NCBI GenBank assembly: GCA_030537765.1
Contig: JAUNVH010000001.1
Span: 55,047 to 119,046 of the forward strand
Length of the DNA: 64,000 bases
Source of the DNA: Tissierellia bacterium
GTDB lineage: Bacteria; Bacillota; Clostridia; Tissierellales; Peptoniphilaceae
Direction: 5' to 3'
The position numbers were made by a program, and so were the translations under genes. The notes below the pieces were generated by a model, which saw nothing but the letters and a program-made list of their open reading frames with translations, did not search any database and was not told the DNA's origin. How positions within the stretch are numbered: position 1 is the stretch's first letter; each line of letters opens with the position of its first letter. Below, one piece after another: positions 1 through 10,090 of the stretch.

Positions 1-747
1 TCTTCTAGTAGTTTTTAGTTCTTCTTCACCATTTTCTAGCATAAGACTTTGTCTTTTTTCCTCAAATTCAATCGCTTTTTCAACAGCGCGAAAAGAGTTT
101 AAATTTTTAATTTCAGTTATGGCCGATTTTTTCTTTCCGTCCTTTGAAACAATATTTACATTGACATCACATCTCATTGACCCTTCTTCCATTTTACAGT
201 CTGAAACGCCAATATGCAAAAGTGTCTGTCTTAATTTTTCTAAAAACATACGCGCTTCAAAACCGGAATTTATATCAGGATTTGTAACTATCTCTATAAG
301 CGGTACTCCACATCTATTGTAGTCCATCAAAGTAGTTTCTTCATTTTTATGATTCGATTTTCCAGTATCCTCTTCCAAATGTATTCTTTGTAAGCTTATT
401 GACTTTTTATTGTTATCCTTATCTTCAATGATAATATATCCTTTTTTACAGATAGGGTGGAAATTTTGAGTAATCTGATAGCCTTTTGTCAAATCGGGAT
501 AGAAGTAATTTTTCCTATCGAAAGAGGATTTGGGCTGTATATCGCAATTTAAACTAAGTCCTGTTTTGACAGCATATTCTACCGCTTTTTCGTTTAAATA
601 TGGCAATGCGCCTGGCAAACCTAAGCATATAGGACAAACATTTTTATTCGGCTCACTACCGTAGTCATTTTTACAATGGCAAAATGCCTTTGACTTTGTT
701 TGGAGTTGTACGTGAATTTCAAGCCCTACAATTGTTTTATATTCCAT
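1..747 (-). CDS. gatB: Asp/Glu-tRNA amidotransferase subunit B, N-terminal 249 codons (3' end lies beyond window start)
   Basis: Minus-strand translation from ATG 747-745 reads MEYKTIVGLEIHVQLQTKSKAFCHCKNDYGSEPNKNVCPICLGLPGALP...FDRKNYFYPDL...DYNRCGVPLIEIV, a GatB N-terminus. The parts of the frame I translated are open (about 747-420, 360-301 and 30-1). Overlaps the gatA stop by 11 nt and completes the gatC-gatA-gatB order. Not in the ORF track because it is open-ended. Confidence 0.9.
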   Translation of the reverse strand, partial: MEYKTIVGLEIHVQLQTKSKAFCHCKNDYGSEPNKNVCPICLGLPGALPYLNEKAVEYAVKTGLSLNCDIQPKSSFDRKNYFYPDLTKGYQITQNFHPICKKGYIIIEDKDNNKKSISLQRIHLEEDTGKSNHKNEETTLMDYNRCGVPLIEIVTNPDINSGFEARMFLEKLRQTLLHIGVSDCKMEEGSMRCDVNVNIVSKDGKKKSAITEIKNLNSFRAVEKAIEFEEKRQSLMLENGEEELKTTRR

Positions 748-2185
748 TATTAATCACCCTTTCAAATCCAAGCGCTGCTTTTAGCATATATTCATCATTG
801 AATCTATCACATATGAATTGTATTCCTGTAGATAGATTTGAAGACTTGGCAAACGGAACTGTAATAGCTCCACAGCCTGCCAAATTGACAGGAGTCGTAA
901 ATAAATCGGCATTATATATATCTGTAGCTTTTAAATTTTCGTTAAGTTTGAAGGGCATTACAGGCGTTGTCGGCATCAATATAATATCATTATTATCAAA
1001 AACATTTTTGAAATCATTTATTATGAGAGTACGCACCTTCATGGCCTTTTCATAATAGTCTTTTGCATTGTCTATACTTAAAATATAAGTCCCTATCATA
1101 ATTCGTTTTTTAACCTCATTACCCAGACCTTCAGAGCGCGATTTTATATAAAGCTGATTTATATCATCGTAATCTTTTGCTCTATTACCAAATATAATAC
1201 CATCGAATCGGCTCATATTTGAAGATATCTCTGCATTTGCAACTAGATGATAAGTTTCAATTGAATGTTCTAAATTTGGCATATCTACAATTTCAACCTT
1301 TGCTCCATATTCTTCGAGTATTTTAATGGAGTTTTGATAATTATTCTTTATTTCTGAGTCAAAATCGATATTTAAGATCTGTTTGGGCACAGCAATTCTC
1401 ATGTCTTTTAAATATTCTTCGCTATGTGAAAAATTGTAATTTTCATGATAGGCCTTATTTCCAACACAAGTTGAGTCTAAATAATCTCTATTTGTAATTT
1501 CTTTCATAAGAAGTAAAACATCTTTGATATCTTTTCCCATAACACCGACTTGATCTAATGTATTTGCCATCGAAGAGATTCCATATCTTGAGATGCTACC
1601 ATATGAAGGTTTTATGCCAACAAGGCCACAAAATGAAGCTGGCTGCCTTACTGAACCACCAGTATCTGTTCCTATAGCAAAACTAGAAAGCTCTCCAGCA
1701 ACTGCAGCTGCACTACCGCCTGATGAGCCGCCAGCAACTAGCGATTTATTTAAAGGATTTAAAACAGGACCAAAATAAGATGTCTTATTAGTTCCACCCA
1801 TTGCAAATTCGTCCATATTAGATTTTCCTAAGACGATGCAATCTGCAGATTTTAACTGTTCATAAACTGAAGAGTTAAATGGCGCTATATAATCTTTCAT
1901 AAAGCCAGAAGCACAAGTCATAGGTTCGTCTTTGATAGAAATATTGTCTTTTAAAGCTAGACATAGTCCTGCTATTTTACTCAAATTTTCACCTTTAGCT
2001 CTTTTTTCATCGATAGCTTTGGCTTCTGTTATTGCTTTTTCTTTTCGAAGACTAATAAAAGCATTCAAATCTTTATTAATTTCTATATTCTCATAATACT
2101 TTTTTACAAGTTCATATGCGCTTATATCTTTTTGTTCTAATAACTGAGCTTGTTCCCAAGCTTTTAGTTTTAATATATTATTCAT
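737..2185 (-). CDS. gatA: Glutamyl-tRNA(Gln) amidotransferase subunit A
   Basis: 482-aa ORF with the amidase signature GGSSGGSAAAVA and GTDTGGSVRQPASFCG. Flanked by gatC and gatB. Confidence 0.95.
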   Translation of the reverse strand: MNNILKLKAWEQAQLLEQKDISAYELVKKYYENIEINKDLNAFISLRKEKAITEAKAIDEKRAKGENLSKIAGLCLALKDNISIKDEPMTCASGFMKDYIAPFNSSVYEQLKSADCIVLGKSNMDEFAMGGTNKTSYFGPVLNPLNKSLVAGGSSGGSAAAVAGELSSFAIGTDTGGSVRQPASFCGLVGIKPSYGSISRYGISSMANTLDQVGVMGKDIKDVLLLMKEITNRDYLDSTCVGNKAYHENYNFSHSEEYLKDMRIAVPKQILNIDFDSEIKNNYQNSIKILEEYGAKVEIVDMPNLEHSIETYHLVANAEISSNMSRFDGIIFGNRAKDYDDINQLYIKSRSEGLGNEVKKRIMIGTYILSIDNAKDYYEKAMKVRTLIINDFKNVFDNNDIILMPTTPVMPFKLNENLKATDIYNADLFTTPVNLAGCGAITVPFAKSSNLSTGIQFICDRFNDEYMLKAALGFERVINNGI

Positions 2186-2196
2186 CTATTCACCTA

Positions 2197-2478
2197 TCAA
2201 TCTACAAATCTAACAACTTTAAAATAATCGTACTCGCTTTCGGGAGCATTTTTAAATGTTTCTTCTTTTGTGAGTCCATCCTTTATTGAATCATCTGCTA
2301 AAACAGTCGAAACATCTATAACTTTATTTGATGGTTCTATATTGGCTGTATCGATATTTTTAATTTTAGAGACCAATTCAAATGTATCTAGAAAATCATC
2401 TTTAAATTTGAGAAGTTTTTCCTCCTCAAAGTTTAAATAACAAATTTCAGCTATATGTTTAATTTTTTCTATATCCAT
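2197..2478 (-). CDS. gatC: Glutamyl-tRNA(Gln) amidotransferase subunit C
   Basis: 93-aa ORF 11 nt upstream of gatA. Size and position are typical of GatC. Confidence 0.8.
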   Translation of the reverse strand: MDIEKIKHIAEICYLNFEEEKLLKFKDDFLDTFELVSKIKNIDTANIEPSNKVIDVSTVLADDSIKDGLTKEETFKNAPESEYDYFKVVRFVD

Positions 2479-2479
2479 G

Positions 2480-4456
2480 CTACACCTCTTTAATAATATT
2501 TAATACTTCACTTTTATCAAGCACTTTTATACCCAATTCTTTAGCTCTATCATATTTAGAGCCTGGAGCGTCACCCACAAATACCATATCAGTATTTTTG
2601 CTAACTGATGAACTTACTTTGCCCCCATGATTTTCAATTATATCTTTAAGATCTTTGCGTGTAAAGTCATCAAAGGAACCAGTTATAACTATTGTTTTTT
2701 CTGAAAAGATATTATCTTCATTAGATACTATTTCTGATTCTCTTGGTTTAACTCCTAATTCAAATAAATTATACAAACTTTCTCTTATCTTAGAATCGTT
2801 TATAAACTCAATTATCAAATCTGCTGTCTTATCTCCAATATCTGGTATATTTACTAGCTCATCTTTATTTGCATTGAGAAAATTTTCTATATTTTTGTAA
2901 AATTGCGCTAAATCATGAGCCGTTCTTTCGCCTACATTGAGTATTCCTAAAGCGTAGATAAAATTTGCCAAAGATACATCTTTACTGTTGTTTATTGCAT
3001 TTATCAAATTAGATGATCTCTTCTCTTTGAAGCCATCGAGAGTTAATAGCTCATCTTTTGTCAATTTATATATTTTGTCAGTGCTATTTATACCTAATTC
3101 GTCATGTAGCTTTGTAATTGTTTTTTCGCTTAAACCTTCAATATTCATGGCATCTCGAGATGCAAAATGTGTCAATCTAGCTATAATCTGTGGATCGCAT
3201 GAAAGAGTGTTTGGACAAAAATAATGTACTCCATCACGATATAATTCACTTCCACAAGAAGGGCAATACTTTGGCATTTTTATTTCATAAGTTTCTTCAT
3301 CAGTTGGTAATACTCCCATTATTTCAGGTATTACGTCATTTGAACGTCTCAATAAAACATTTGAGTTTAATCTCAAGTTCTTTCTGTTAATATCGTCAAT
3401 ATTATTCAATGTTGCACGTGAGACGGTTACACCACCGATATCAACAGGTTTTAAAATTGCGCTTGGGGTCACCTTTGCTGTCCGTCCAACGTTCCAGTGC
3501 ACTTTTAATAATTTCGTACTGACTTCTTCAGCTTCATATTTAAAAGCCATCGCCCATCTAGGAAATTTATTCGTAAATCCAAGTTTTTCCCTTAAAGCAT
3601 ATGAATTTACCTTTATAACAGCTCCATCAATTAAAAAATCTATATTATTTCTTTGTTTTTCAATTTCTAAAACATATTCATACGCTTCATCGATATTTTT
3701 TGCGTGATAATAGACTTCATTTACTTTGAATCTATTTTCTATTAAAAATTCTTTCATTTCAGTATCTGTGAGAAAATTTTTATCTTCAATATATCCTACA
3801 TTGTAAAAGTAACAATCTATCCCTCTTTCAGAAACTTTTTCTGGATCTAAATTTCTAAGCGCTCCAGCCGCCGCATTTCTTGCATTTTTTAAAGGCGTAT
3901 CATGGCTTTGATTATATTTTTTAAAGACAGATAGAGGCATAATACCCTCACCTTGAATTTCTATTCGTTCTTTAAAATCTATATTTAAAGGCAGAGAATT
4001 AATTCTTAAGACTTGCTCTGTTATATCTTCGCCAATAGTGCCATTACCTCTAGTAGCGGCAACAAGAATATATCCATCATCATATGTCACATTTATAGTT
4101 AGACCATCAAATTTCATTTCGACTACATATTCCAAATCTTGATATTCTTTTTTATTCAATAATCTTTTAATTCTATTGTCCCAATCTTTTAATTCTTCAA
4201 AAGATTTACATTTATCGAGACTATATAGTGGTGCAATATGATTATGCTTTTTGAATTCAGTTAATATATCGCCACCGACTCTTAGCGTTGGAGAATCAGG
4301 CAATACTTGTTGTAATTCATTTTCCATATCTAAGAGTCGATTATATTCTTTATCATACTCTGCATCAGTTACTACTGGATTATCTAATGTATAGTAATGA
4401 TAGTTCCAATTATTTAACTTATCAACTAGTTCTTGCATTTTTTTAATTTTATCCAT
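2480..4456 (-). CDS. ligA: NAD-dependent DNA ligase
   Basis: 658 aa. Adenylation motif KFDGLT, Zn finger CPSCGSELYRDGVHYFCPN, and a C-terminal BRCT-like TIVITGSF...GGKVSSSVSKNTDMVFVG. Confidence 0.95.
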   Translation of the reverse strand: MDKIKKMQELVDKLNNWNYHYYTLDNPVVTDAEYDKEYNRLLDMENELQQVLPDSPTLRVGGDILTEFKKHNHIAPLYSLDKCKSFEELKDWDNRIKRLLNKKEYQDLEYVVEMKFDGLTINVTYDDGYILVAATRGNGTIGEDITEQVLRINSLPLNIDFKERIEIQGEGIMPLSVFKKYNQSHDTPLKNARNAAAGALRNLDPEKVSERGIDCYFYNVGYIEDKNFLTDTEMKEFLIENRFKVNEVYYHAKNIDEAYEYVLEIEKQRNNIDFLIDGAVIKVNSYALREKLGFTNKFPRWAMAFKYEAEEVSTKLLKVHWNVGRTAKVTPSAILKPVDIGGVTVSRATLNNIDDINRKNLRLNSNVLLRRSNDVIPEIMGVLPTDEETYEIKMPKYCPSCGSELYRDGVHYFCPNTLSCDPQIIARLTHFASRDAMNIEGLSEKTITKLHDELGINSTDKIYKLTKDELLTLDGFKEKRSSNLINAINNSKDVSLANFIYALGILNVGERTAHDLAQFYKNIENFLNANKDELVNIPDIGDKTADLIIEFINDSKIRESLYNLFELGVKPRESEIVSNEDNIFSEKTIVITGSFDDFTRKDLKDIIENHGGKVSSSVSKNTDMVFVGDAPGSKYDRAKELGIKVLDKSEVLNIIKEV

Positions 4457-6637
4457 TTATTCCACCTTATCTAATATTGCATAATTGAGTGAAAGTGTTT
4501 TTAATCCAAACTCATCAAAGAATATAGTTACTCTATCGTCGCCATCTACTATATCTTTCTTAGTTATAATACCTAATCCAAACTTTTTATGAGAAACTTT
4601 ATCTCCAATATTTAAATCGTTTATTTGTTTTCTCTCTGGTGTCTTTCTATTTATACTAGTGTTAAAACCATGGCCTACGAATCTCTTATCTTTAGTAAAG
4701 CTTGCAATAGGCACAGTTTTTATATCGTCAGTTTCTATAAAATCAATAATTTCATCTATAAATCGAGATTCAATTGAGGCTTTTATATCTCCATAAATCT
4801 GGCGTCTTTTTGCCGATGATATGAATAATCTTTTTTTTGCTCTAGTTATTGCCACATAAAAAAGTCTTCTCTCTTCTTCTAGCTCATCAGGATTCTCAAT
4901 GGCTGATGATATCGGAAAAAGTCCATCTTCCATGCCACAGATAAATACATTATTATATTCAGTTCCTTTAGCAGTATGGACAGTCATTAGAGATATTGCA
5001 TTTTCCTTTTCTTCAGTTCTCTCATTATCACTCATCAAGGAAATTTCAGCCAACAAATCTACAAGAGTAGCCTCCTCGCCGTATTTTTGAGTGAATTCAT
5101 ATAGCATATTTCTAAATTCTTCTATATTATCTAGTCTGCTTTCCGATTCTGGGGTTCCAGATTGGAACTGTTTTAAAAATTCAGTTTGATCTAATATATA
5201 ATCAAATAGTTCTAAAATTCCAATCGTTTCTGATTTATATTTTAAGTTTTCTAAAAATTTATAAAATCTCATCAGTTTAGTCGTCATTCCAGCATTAAAA
5301 AGACCAGATTTTTCGGCCATAGCTAAACTTTTATATAATGAATTGTCTGTATCATTTGCCAATTCTTCAATTCGTGACAATGTGACATTTCCGATTCCCC
5401 TTTTGGGCACATTAATTATTCTTCTAAAAGAGACATCGTCATTTGGATTTGCCGCTATATTGAGATAAGCTATCAAATCTTTAATTTCTGCTCTGTCATA
5501 AAATTTCAGACCGCCAATTATTTTATAATTTATAGAATTATATATCAATGCTTCTTCCAATGCTCGAGATTGAGCATTAGTCCTATAAAGAATGGCTATT
5601 TCTTCTTCAGCTTCTCCTTCATCTATTAATGACTTTATATTTTGTGCAATATTTAAAGCTTCATCATCTGAGTAATTGAAGCTCGAATATCTGATGTTTT
5701 CCCCTTTTTGATTGTCAGTCCAGAGATTTTTAGATTTTCTTTTTACATTATTTTTAATAAGTGCATTTGCGCAGTTTAAAATATTTTGAGTAGATCTATA
5801 ATTTTGTTCGAGTAAAATAATTTGTGCATCTTTAAAATCTCTTTCAAAGTTCAAAATATTTTCAATATCAGCCCCGCGCCATCTATATATCGACTGATCT
5901 GCGTCGCCGACTACCGTTATATTATTATCTGAACTGGCAAATAATTTAATTAAACTGTATTGAATTTGATTAGTATCTTGATACTCATCGACAAAAATAT
6001 ATTTAAATCTCTTTTGATAATAGAGTCTTATATCTTTTTCAGACTTTATCAGCTCAATAGTCTTTATCAAAAGATCATCAAAGTCTAATGCGTCAAATTG
6101 AGTTTTTTTAGATTCATATAATTCAAATATTTTCAAAAAATTCTTTTCAGATTCAGAATAAGCCATTTTTTTCAAATCTTTTATATCCTCATCAGTATTT
6201 TTTAAAAATGATATACGCGATTGTATGGAATTGGCCTTATACATATTTGAATCTAAATTCAAATCTTTAATTATAGATTTAATCAAAGCTCTTTGATCAG
6301 AGACATCATAAATTGTAAAATTTCTGTTAATACCAATTCTATCGCTATATGCTCTAAGGATTCTAACGCAAATAGAATGAAAAGTTCCAACCCATAGATT
6401 GCTATTATAACCAACTAAATTATAGATTCTCTCCTTCATTTCATTTGCAGCTTTGTTAGTAAAGGTGATCGCTAAAATTTGCTCAGGTATCGCCAGTTTA
6501 CTATCAAGAATATATGCGATTTTTCTTGTCAAAACTCGAGTTTTACCGCTTCCGGCGCCCGCTAAAATTAAATACGAGCCTTCTGTATTTGTTACAGCTT
6601 CTAGCTGTTTGTCATTTAATTTTTTTAAAATAGTCAT
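4457..6637 (-). CDS. pcrA: ATP-dependent DNA helicase PcrA/UvrD family
   Basis: 726 aa. Walker A AGAGSGKT, motif II VDEYQDTN, motif VI TVHTAKGTEYN. The pcrA-ligA adjacency is typical of Firmicutes. Confidence 0.92.
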   Translation of the reverse strand: MTILKKLNDKQLEAVTNTEGSYLILAGAGSGKTRVLTRKIAYILDSKLAIPEQILAITFTNKAANEMKERIYNLVGYNSNLWVGTFHSICVRILRAYSDRIGINRNFTIYDVSDQRALIKSIIKDLNLDSNMYKANSIQSRISFLKNTDEDIKDLKKMAYSESEKNFLKIFELYESKKTQFDALDFDDLLIKTIELIKSEKDIRLYYQKRFKYIFVDEYQDTNQIQYSLIKLFASSDNNITVVGDADQSIYRWRGADIENILNFERDFKDAQIILLEQNYRSTQNILNCANALIKNNVKRKSKNLWTDNQKGENIRYSSFNYSDDEALNIAQNIKSLIDEGEAEEEIAILYRTNAQSRALEEALIYNSINYKIIGGLKFYDRAEIKDLIAYLNIAANPNDDVSFRRIINVPKRGIGNVTLSRIEELANDTDNSLYKSLAMAEKSGLFNAGMTTKLMRFYKFLENLKYKSETIGILELFDYILDQTEFLKQFQSGTPESESRLDNIEEFRNMLYEFTQKYGEEATLVDLLAEISLMSDNERTEEKENAISLMTVHTAKGTEYNNVFICGMEDGLFPISSAIENPDELEEERRLFYVAITRAKKRLFISSAKRRQIYGDIKASIESRFIDEIIDFIETDDIKTVPIASFTKDKRFVGHGFNTSINRKTPERKQINDLNIGDKVSHKKFGLGIITKKDIVDGDDRVTIFFDEFGLKTLSLNYAILDKVE

Positions 6638-6692
6638 ATTTACCTCTTAGAATATAATATATATATTCTATCATAAAATCATAAGCAAATTC

Positions 6693-6720
6693 AAAAACTG
6701 TATCGCTAAATACGATACAG
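6693..6720 (-). terminator. Intrinsic terminator after deoD
   Basis: Minus strand reads CTGTATCG-tatttag-CGATACAG followed by TTTTTG, 9 nt after the deoD stop. Confidence 0.75.
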
Positions 6721-6728
6721 TTTTAAAA

Positions 6729-7427
6729 TTAAATCTCTAATGCAATTTCCATCATCTTTGTGAAGCTATTTTGTCTTTCCAAGGCAGTTGTTTCTTCTTT
6801 TGTTACTAATGAATCAGAAACTGTTAGAATTGTCAAAGCATTTGCTCCTGCCTTTGCTGCATTTAAATATAGACCATAGGCTTCCATTTCAACTGCTAAT
6901 ACTCCTAATGATGCCCACTTTTTCCAATCTTTTGGCATATCGTTATAAAATATATCAGAACTAAAAATATTACCAACGTGGACTGGTATGTTTTTTTCAT
7001 CTGCTACTTGTTTAGCTCGCGATAATAGATCAAAAGACGCGATAGCAGAAATAGTACCATTTAGTTCGAATTGAGAAGCATAGTTTGAATTGGTAGAAGC
7101 TCCCATGCCCAATATAATATCATAGAGTTTTAGTTTTTCGCTATAAGCGCCACAAGAGCCGACTCTTATTAAGTTTTTTACTCCAAAAAAGTTTATCAAT
7201 TCATAACTATATATGCCTATTGAAGGAATTCCCATTCCTGTACCCATTACGGAGATTTCCTTGCCTTTATACTCTCCTGTATAACCAAATGCATTTCTTA
7301 CAGAATTAAACTGTTTAACGTTTTCTAAATATGTGTCAGCTATAAATTTTGCTCTCAAAGGATCTCCTGGCAATAATATAGTTTCAGCAATATCACCTTT
7401 GTTTGCACCAATATGTGGTGTAGCCAT
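6729..7427 (-). CDS. deoD: Purine nucleoside phosphorylase (DeoD type)
   Basis: PNP/UDP phosphorylase family; N-terminus MATPHIGANKGDIAETILLPGDPLRAKFIA. I moved the start to ATG 7427 because the TTG-extended ORF (7445) contains the SD AAAGGAAG 7 nt upstream of this ATG. Confidence 0.9.
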   Translation of the reverse strand: MATPHIGANKGDIAETILLPGDPLRAKFIADTYLENVKQFNSVRNAFGYTGEYKGKEISVMGTGMGIPSIGIYSYELINFFGVKNLIRVGSCGAYSEKLKLYDIILGMGASTNSNYASQFELNGTISAIASFDLLSRAKQVADEKNIPVHVGNIFSSDIFYNDMPKDWKKWASLGVLAVEMEAYGLYLNAAKAGANALTILTVSDSLVTKEETTALERQNSFTKMMEIALEI

Positions 7428-7508
7428 TAAAACACTTCCTTTCAATTAATTTATATTCTATATTGATTATATCATATATTTAATCATATATTTGTTAAAA
7501 CACAGAAA

Positions 7509-8156
7509 TTATCTATCTCTTCTTAGTCTTATAGTTTCAAATATCATCATTGTTATTAGATGAAAACATGAGAATAAAAGAATCAATCTTATATTATTTG
7601 TGTTTATATTTGCAATACTTAGATTATATAATTTAATTGGATTCTTTATTATATCCCAAGTATTAAATCTCATAAACCTTCCGATAAATATCGCTATTCC
7701 TGTAAGTATACTTAGTAATATCAAGCTAAGATATCTGATATACTGCTTATTTTTTGTTTTGAAATTTTTAAAGATAATATCGAATGATAAATATGAATAA
7801 GCAGAACCTAAAACAAAAGATAAACATGTTATTACAAGGATTAGCCATATGTGAAAGTCCATATTATATTTCACAATATTATCTGAGAAAGAATAAAAAT
7901 TTAGATTCGTAAGATGAATAAAATCAGTAAATATATAGATCGCATTGGGATAAAAGAAAAGCCATAAAATTGCTAAAATAAACTTTAATAGACTATTAGT
8001 ATTCTTATAAGATATTCCCATTGCACAGACAAATGGAATTATAGCCAAAGCCAAATTCCAAACGAGATAGAGATATTTGATTTCAAAGATAAGAATAAAT
8101 AATGTGATTATTGAAAATATTATCAATAAATTTAAAAAAGCTCCTTTATTGTTCAT
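7509..8156 (-). CDS. DUF1361-like integral membrane protein
   Basis: 215 aa with multiple hydrophobic helices. The motif FYPNAIYIFTDFIHL resembles the PNAPY..TD..HL core of DUF1361. Recognised from memory only. Confidence 0.55.
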   Translation of the reverse strand: MNNKGAFLNLLIIFSIITLFILIFEIKYLYLVWNLALAIIPFVCAMGISYKNTNSLLKFILAILWLFFYPNAIYIFTDFIHLTNLNFYSFSDNIVKYNMDFHIWLILVITCLSFVLGSAYSYLSFDIIFKNFKTKNKQYIRYLSLILLSILTGIAIFIGRFMRFNTWDIIKNPIKLYNLSIANINTNNIRLILLFSCFHLITMMIFETIRLRRDR

Positions 8157-8223
8157 TGTTCACCTCTTTGATATTATAACATAAATATATTGGTTTATAT
8201 AAAAGACTTAATCGTCAAATACA

Positions 8224-8724
8224 TTAGCCAATTAAGTCTTTTATAATACTATACTCTTTTGTAAGTTTTTCGACATTCATTCTGGCATTAGCTGGACTAG
8301 TTGAAGGCAGTTTAATAGCTTCAATTTTGGTCTTACTGTAGAGATATTTATTATAGAGTTCATAAGCTTTATTCCCAGTAGTGACAATATATTTGATATT
8401 CGTTTTATTAATTAATGATACTATATCATTAGGAATTACATTCCTTATAGATGAATCTTTAGATCCAGAAATATCACATTCTCTAATAACATCCCATATA
8501 GCAATATTATATTTATATAAAATTTTTATTCGTGAACCATTGTCCTTTGGTATCTCGATATTTAAAATATTTCCTAAAACTTTCCAAAACCTATTTTGAG
8601 GATGAGTGTAATAAAAATTTATTTCACGAGATTTAGGAGAAGGAAAAGTACCTAATATCAAAAGTTTCGATTTTTTATCATAGATAGGATCTAATTTATG
8701 CTTCAATCGTTCCATATTTTTCAA
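8224..8724 (-). CDS. DNA-deoxyinosine (hypoxanthine) glycosylase, UDG superfamily
   Basis: 166 aa. LILGTFPSPKSREINFYYTHPQNRFWKVL and a C-terminal LPSTSPAN match the hypoxanthine-DNA glycosylase-type UDG family. The start may be the ATG at 8715. Confidence 0.7.
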   Translation of the reverse strand: MKNMERLKHKLDPIYDKKSKLLILGTFPSPKSREINFYYTHPQNRFWKVLGNILNIEIPKDNGSRIKILYKYNIAIWDVIRECDISGSKDSSIRNVIPNDIVSLINKTNIKYIVTTGNKAYELYNKYLYSKTKIEAIKLPSTSPANARMNVEKLTKEYSIIKDLIG

Positions 8725-10084
8725 TCAACCTTCTTGCCACATGAACTCCACTTGCCGAAGCTTGGCTTAATGAATGAGTAACGCCACTACCATCACCGAT
8801 TGCATATAGGTTTTCTATTCTCGTTTGTAAATTTTCGTCAACTTCGATTTTCGAATTATAAAATTTAACTTCCACTCCATAAAGCAAGGTGTCATTATTT
8901 GCAGTGCCAGGTGCAATTTTATCTAAGGCGTATATCATTTCAATTATTGAATCTAATTGCCTTTTAGGTATGACTAAAGACAAATCTCCCGGTGTTGCCT
9001 TTAAAGTTGGTCTTGTAAAACATTTCTCCATTCGCCTCTCACTCGACCTTCTCCCCTTTACTAAGTCGCCAAATCGCTGCAATAATACTCCACCACCCAG
9101 CATATTTGATAGTCTGGCTATAGACTCACCGTAATCATTACTGTCCTTGAAAGGTTCAGTGAATCTGTTGCTTACAAGCAATGCAAAATTCGTATTTTCA
9201 GTTTGTAATTCTTTATTCGAATAAGCATGTCCATTTACAGTAATAATTCCATTAGTATTTTCAGCAACGACATGCCCATAGGGATTCATGCAAAACGTTC
9301 TAACTAAATCATTATATTTAGAAGTCAGATATACAATTTTACTTTCGTAAACTTCATCTGTTATATGTTTAAAAATTTCTGCAGGCAATTCTACTCTTAC
9401 TCCAATATCTACTTGATTAGAATATGTCTTTATATCAAAATTTTTACAAATATCTGCTAACCAACGCGAACCGCTTCTGCCCGTTGCTAAAACTAAATCA
9501 TTTGATGTGAATATGCCTTTGTTAGTCTTTACAATGAATTCATCATTCTTCTTTTCAATTTCTCTAGCTTCTGTATTGAAAATCATATCTATTTTATCTT
9601 TAGTATAATTATAAATATGTTTTAAAATCCTTATATTTCTATCTGTTCCAAAGTGTCTAACCTTTGCATCTAATAGATGTAGATCATGTCTCAACGCAGT
9701 AGTTTTTAAATCAGAATTGGTTGTGGAATATAAAGGCGCTGTATGTCCGTCGTATTCGCATAAAACAGAGTCTACATATTCCATCAATGAAATTGCTTCT
9801 TTAGGACCTATATATTTGAATAGATCTCCTCCAAAATTATTAGTGATATTATATTTTCCATCAGATAAAGTGCCAGCTCCGCCATAGCCATTCATAATAT
9901 CACAAGGATTACAACTTATGCATCTTTCTACTTTCTTTATATTAATTGGGCAGAGTCTTTCTTCTATGATTTTACCTTTATCAATAATTAATACATTTGC
10001 ATCGATATTGTTTTTAGTAAACTCATTGGCGATAAAAACACCACTTGCGCCACAGCCAATTACAATTATGTCGTATTTTTTCAT
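8696..10084 (-). CDS. FAD-dependent protein of unknown function (COG2509-like)
   Basis: 462 aa. N-terminal dinucleotide fold DIIVIGCGASGVF, Cys cluster C-x9-C-x2-C-x2-C followed by GYGGAGTLSDGK, and a C-terminal AIGDGSGVT. Confidence 0.7.
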   Translation of the reverse strand: MKKYDIIVIGCGASGVFIANEFTKNNIDANVLIIDKGKIIEERLCPINIKKVERCISCNPCDIMNGYGGAGTLSDGKYNITNNFGGDLFKYIGPKEAISLMEYVDSVLCEYDGHTAPLYSTTNSDLKTTALRHDLHLLDAKVRHFGTDRNIRILKHIYNYTKDKIDMIFNTEAREIEKKNDEFIVKTNKGIFTSNDLVLATGRSGSRWLADICKNFDIKTYSNQVDIGVRVELPAEIFKHITDEVYESKIVYLTSKYNDLVRTFCMNPYGHVVAENTNGIITVNGHAYSNKELQTENTNFALLVSNRFTEPFKDSNDYGESIARLSNMLGGGVLLQRFGDLVKGRRSSERRMEKCFTRPTLKATPGDLSLVIPKRQLDSIIEMIYALDKIAPGTANNDTLLYGVEVKFYNSKIEVDENLQTRIENLYAIGDGSGVTHSLSQASASGVHVARRLIEKYGTIEA

Positions 10085-10090
10085 TATTAT

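Noticed and set aside
684-1055. 123-aa plus-strand ORF across the gatA/gatB junction, and the other 60-150-aa plus-strand ORFs in the track (for example 60663-61121, 57018-57419, 30254-30658)
   Set aside because: All lie entirely antisense within well-supported conserved genes. They have hydrophobic low-complexity translations and no recognisable ribosome-binding sites.
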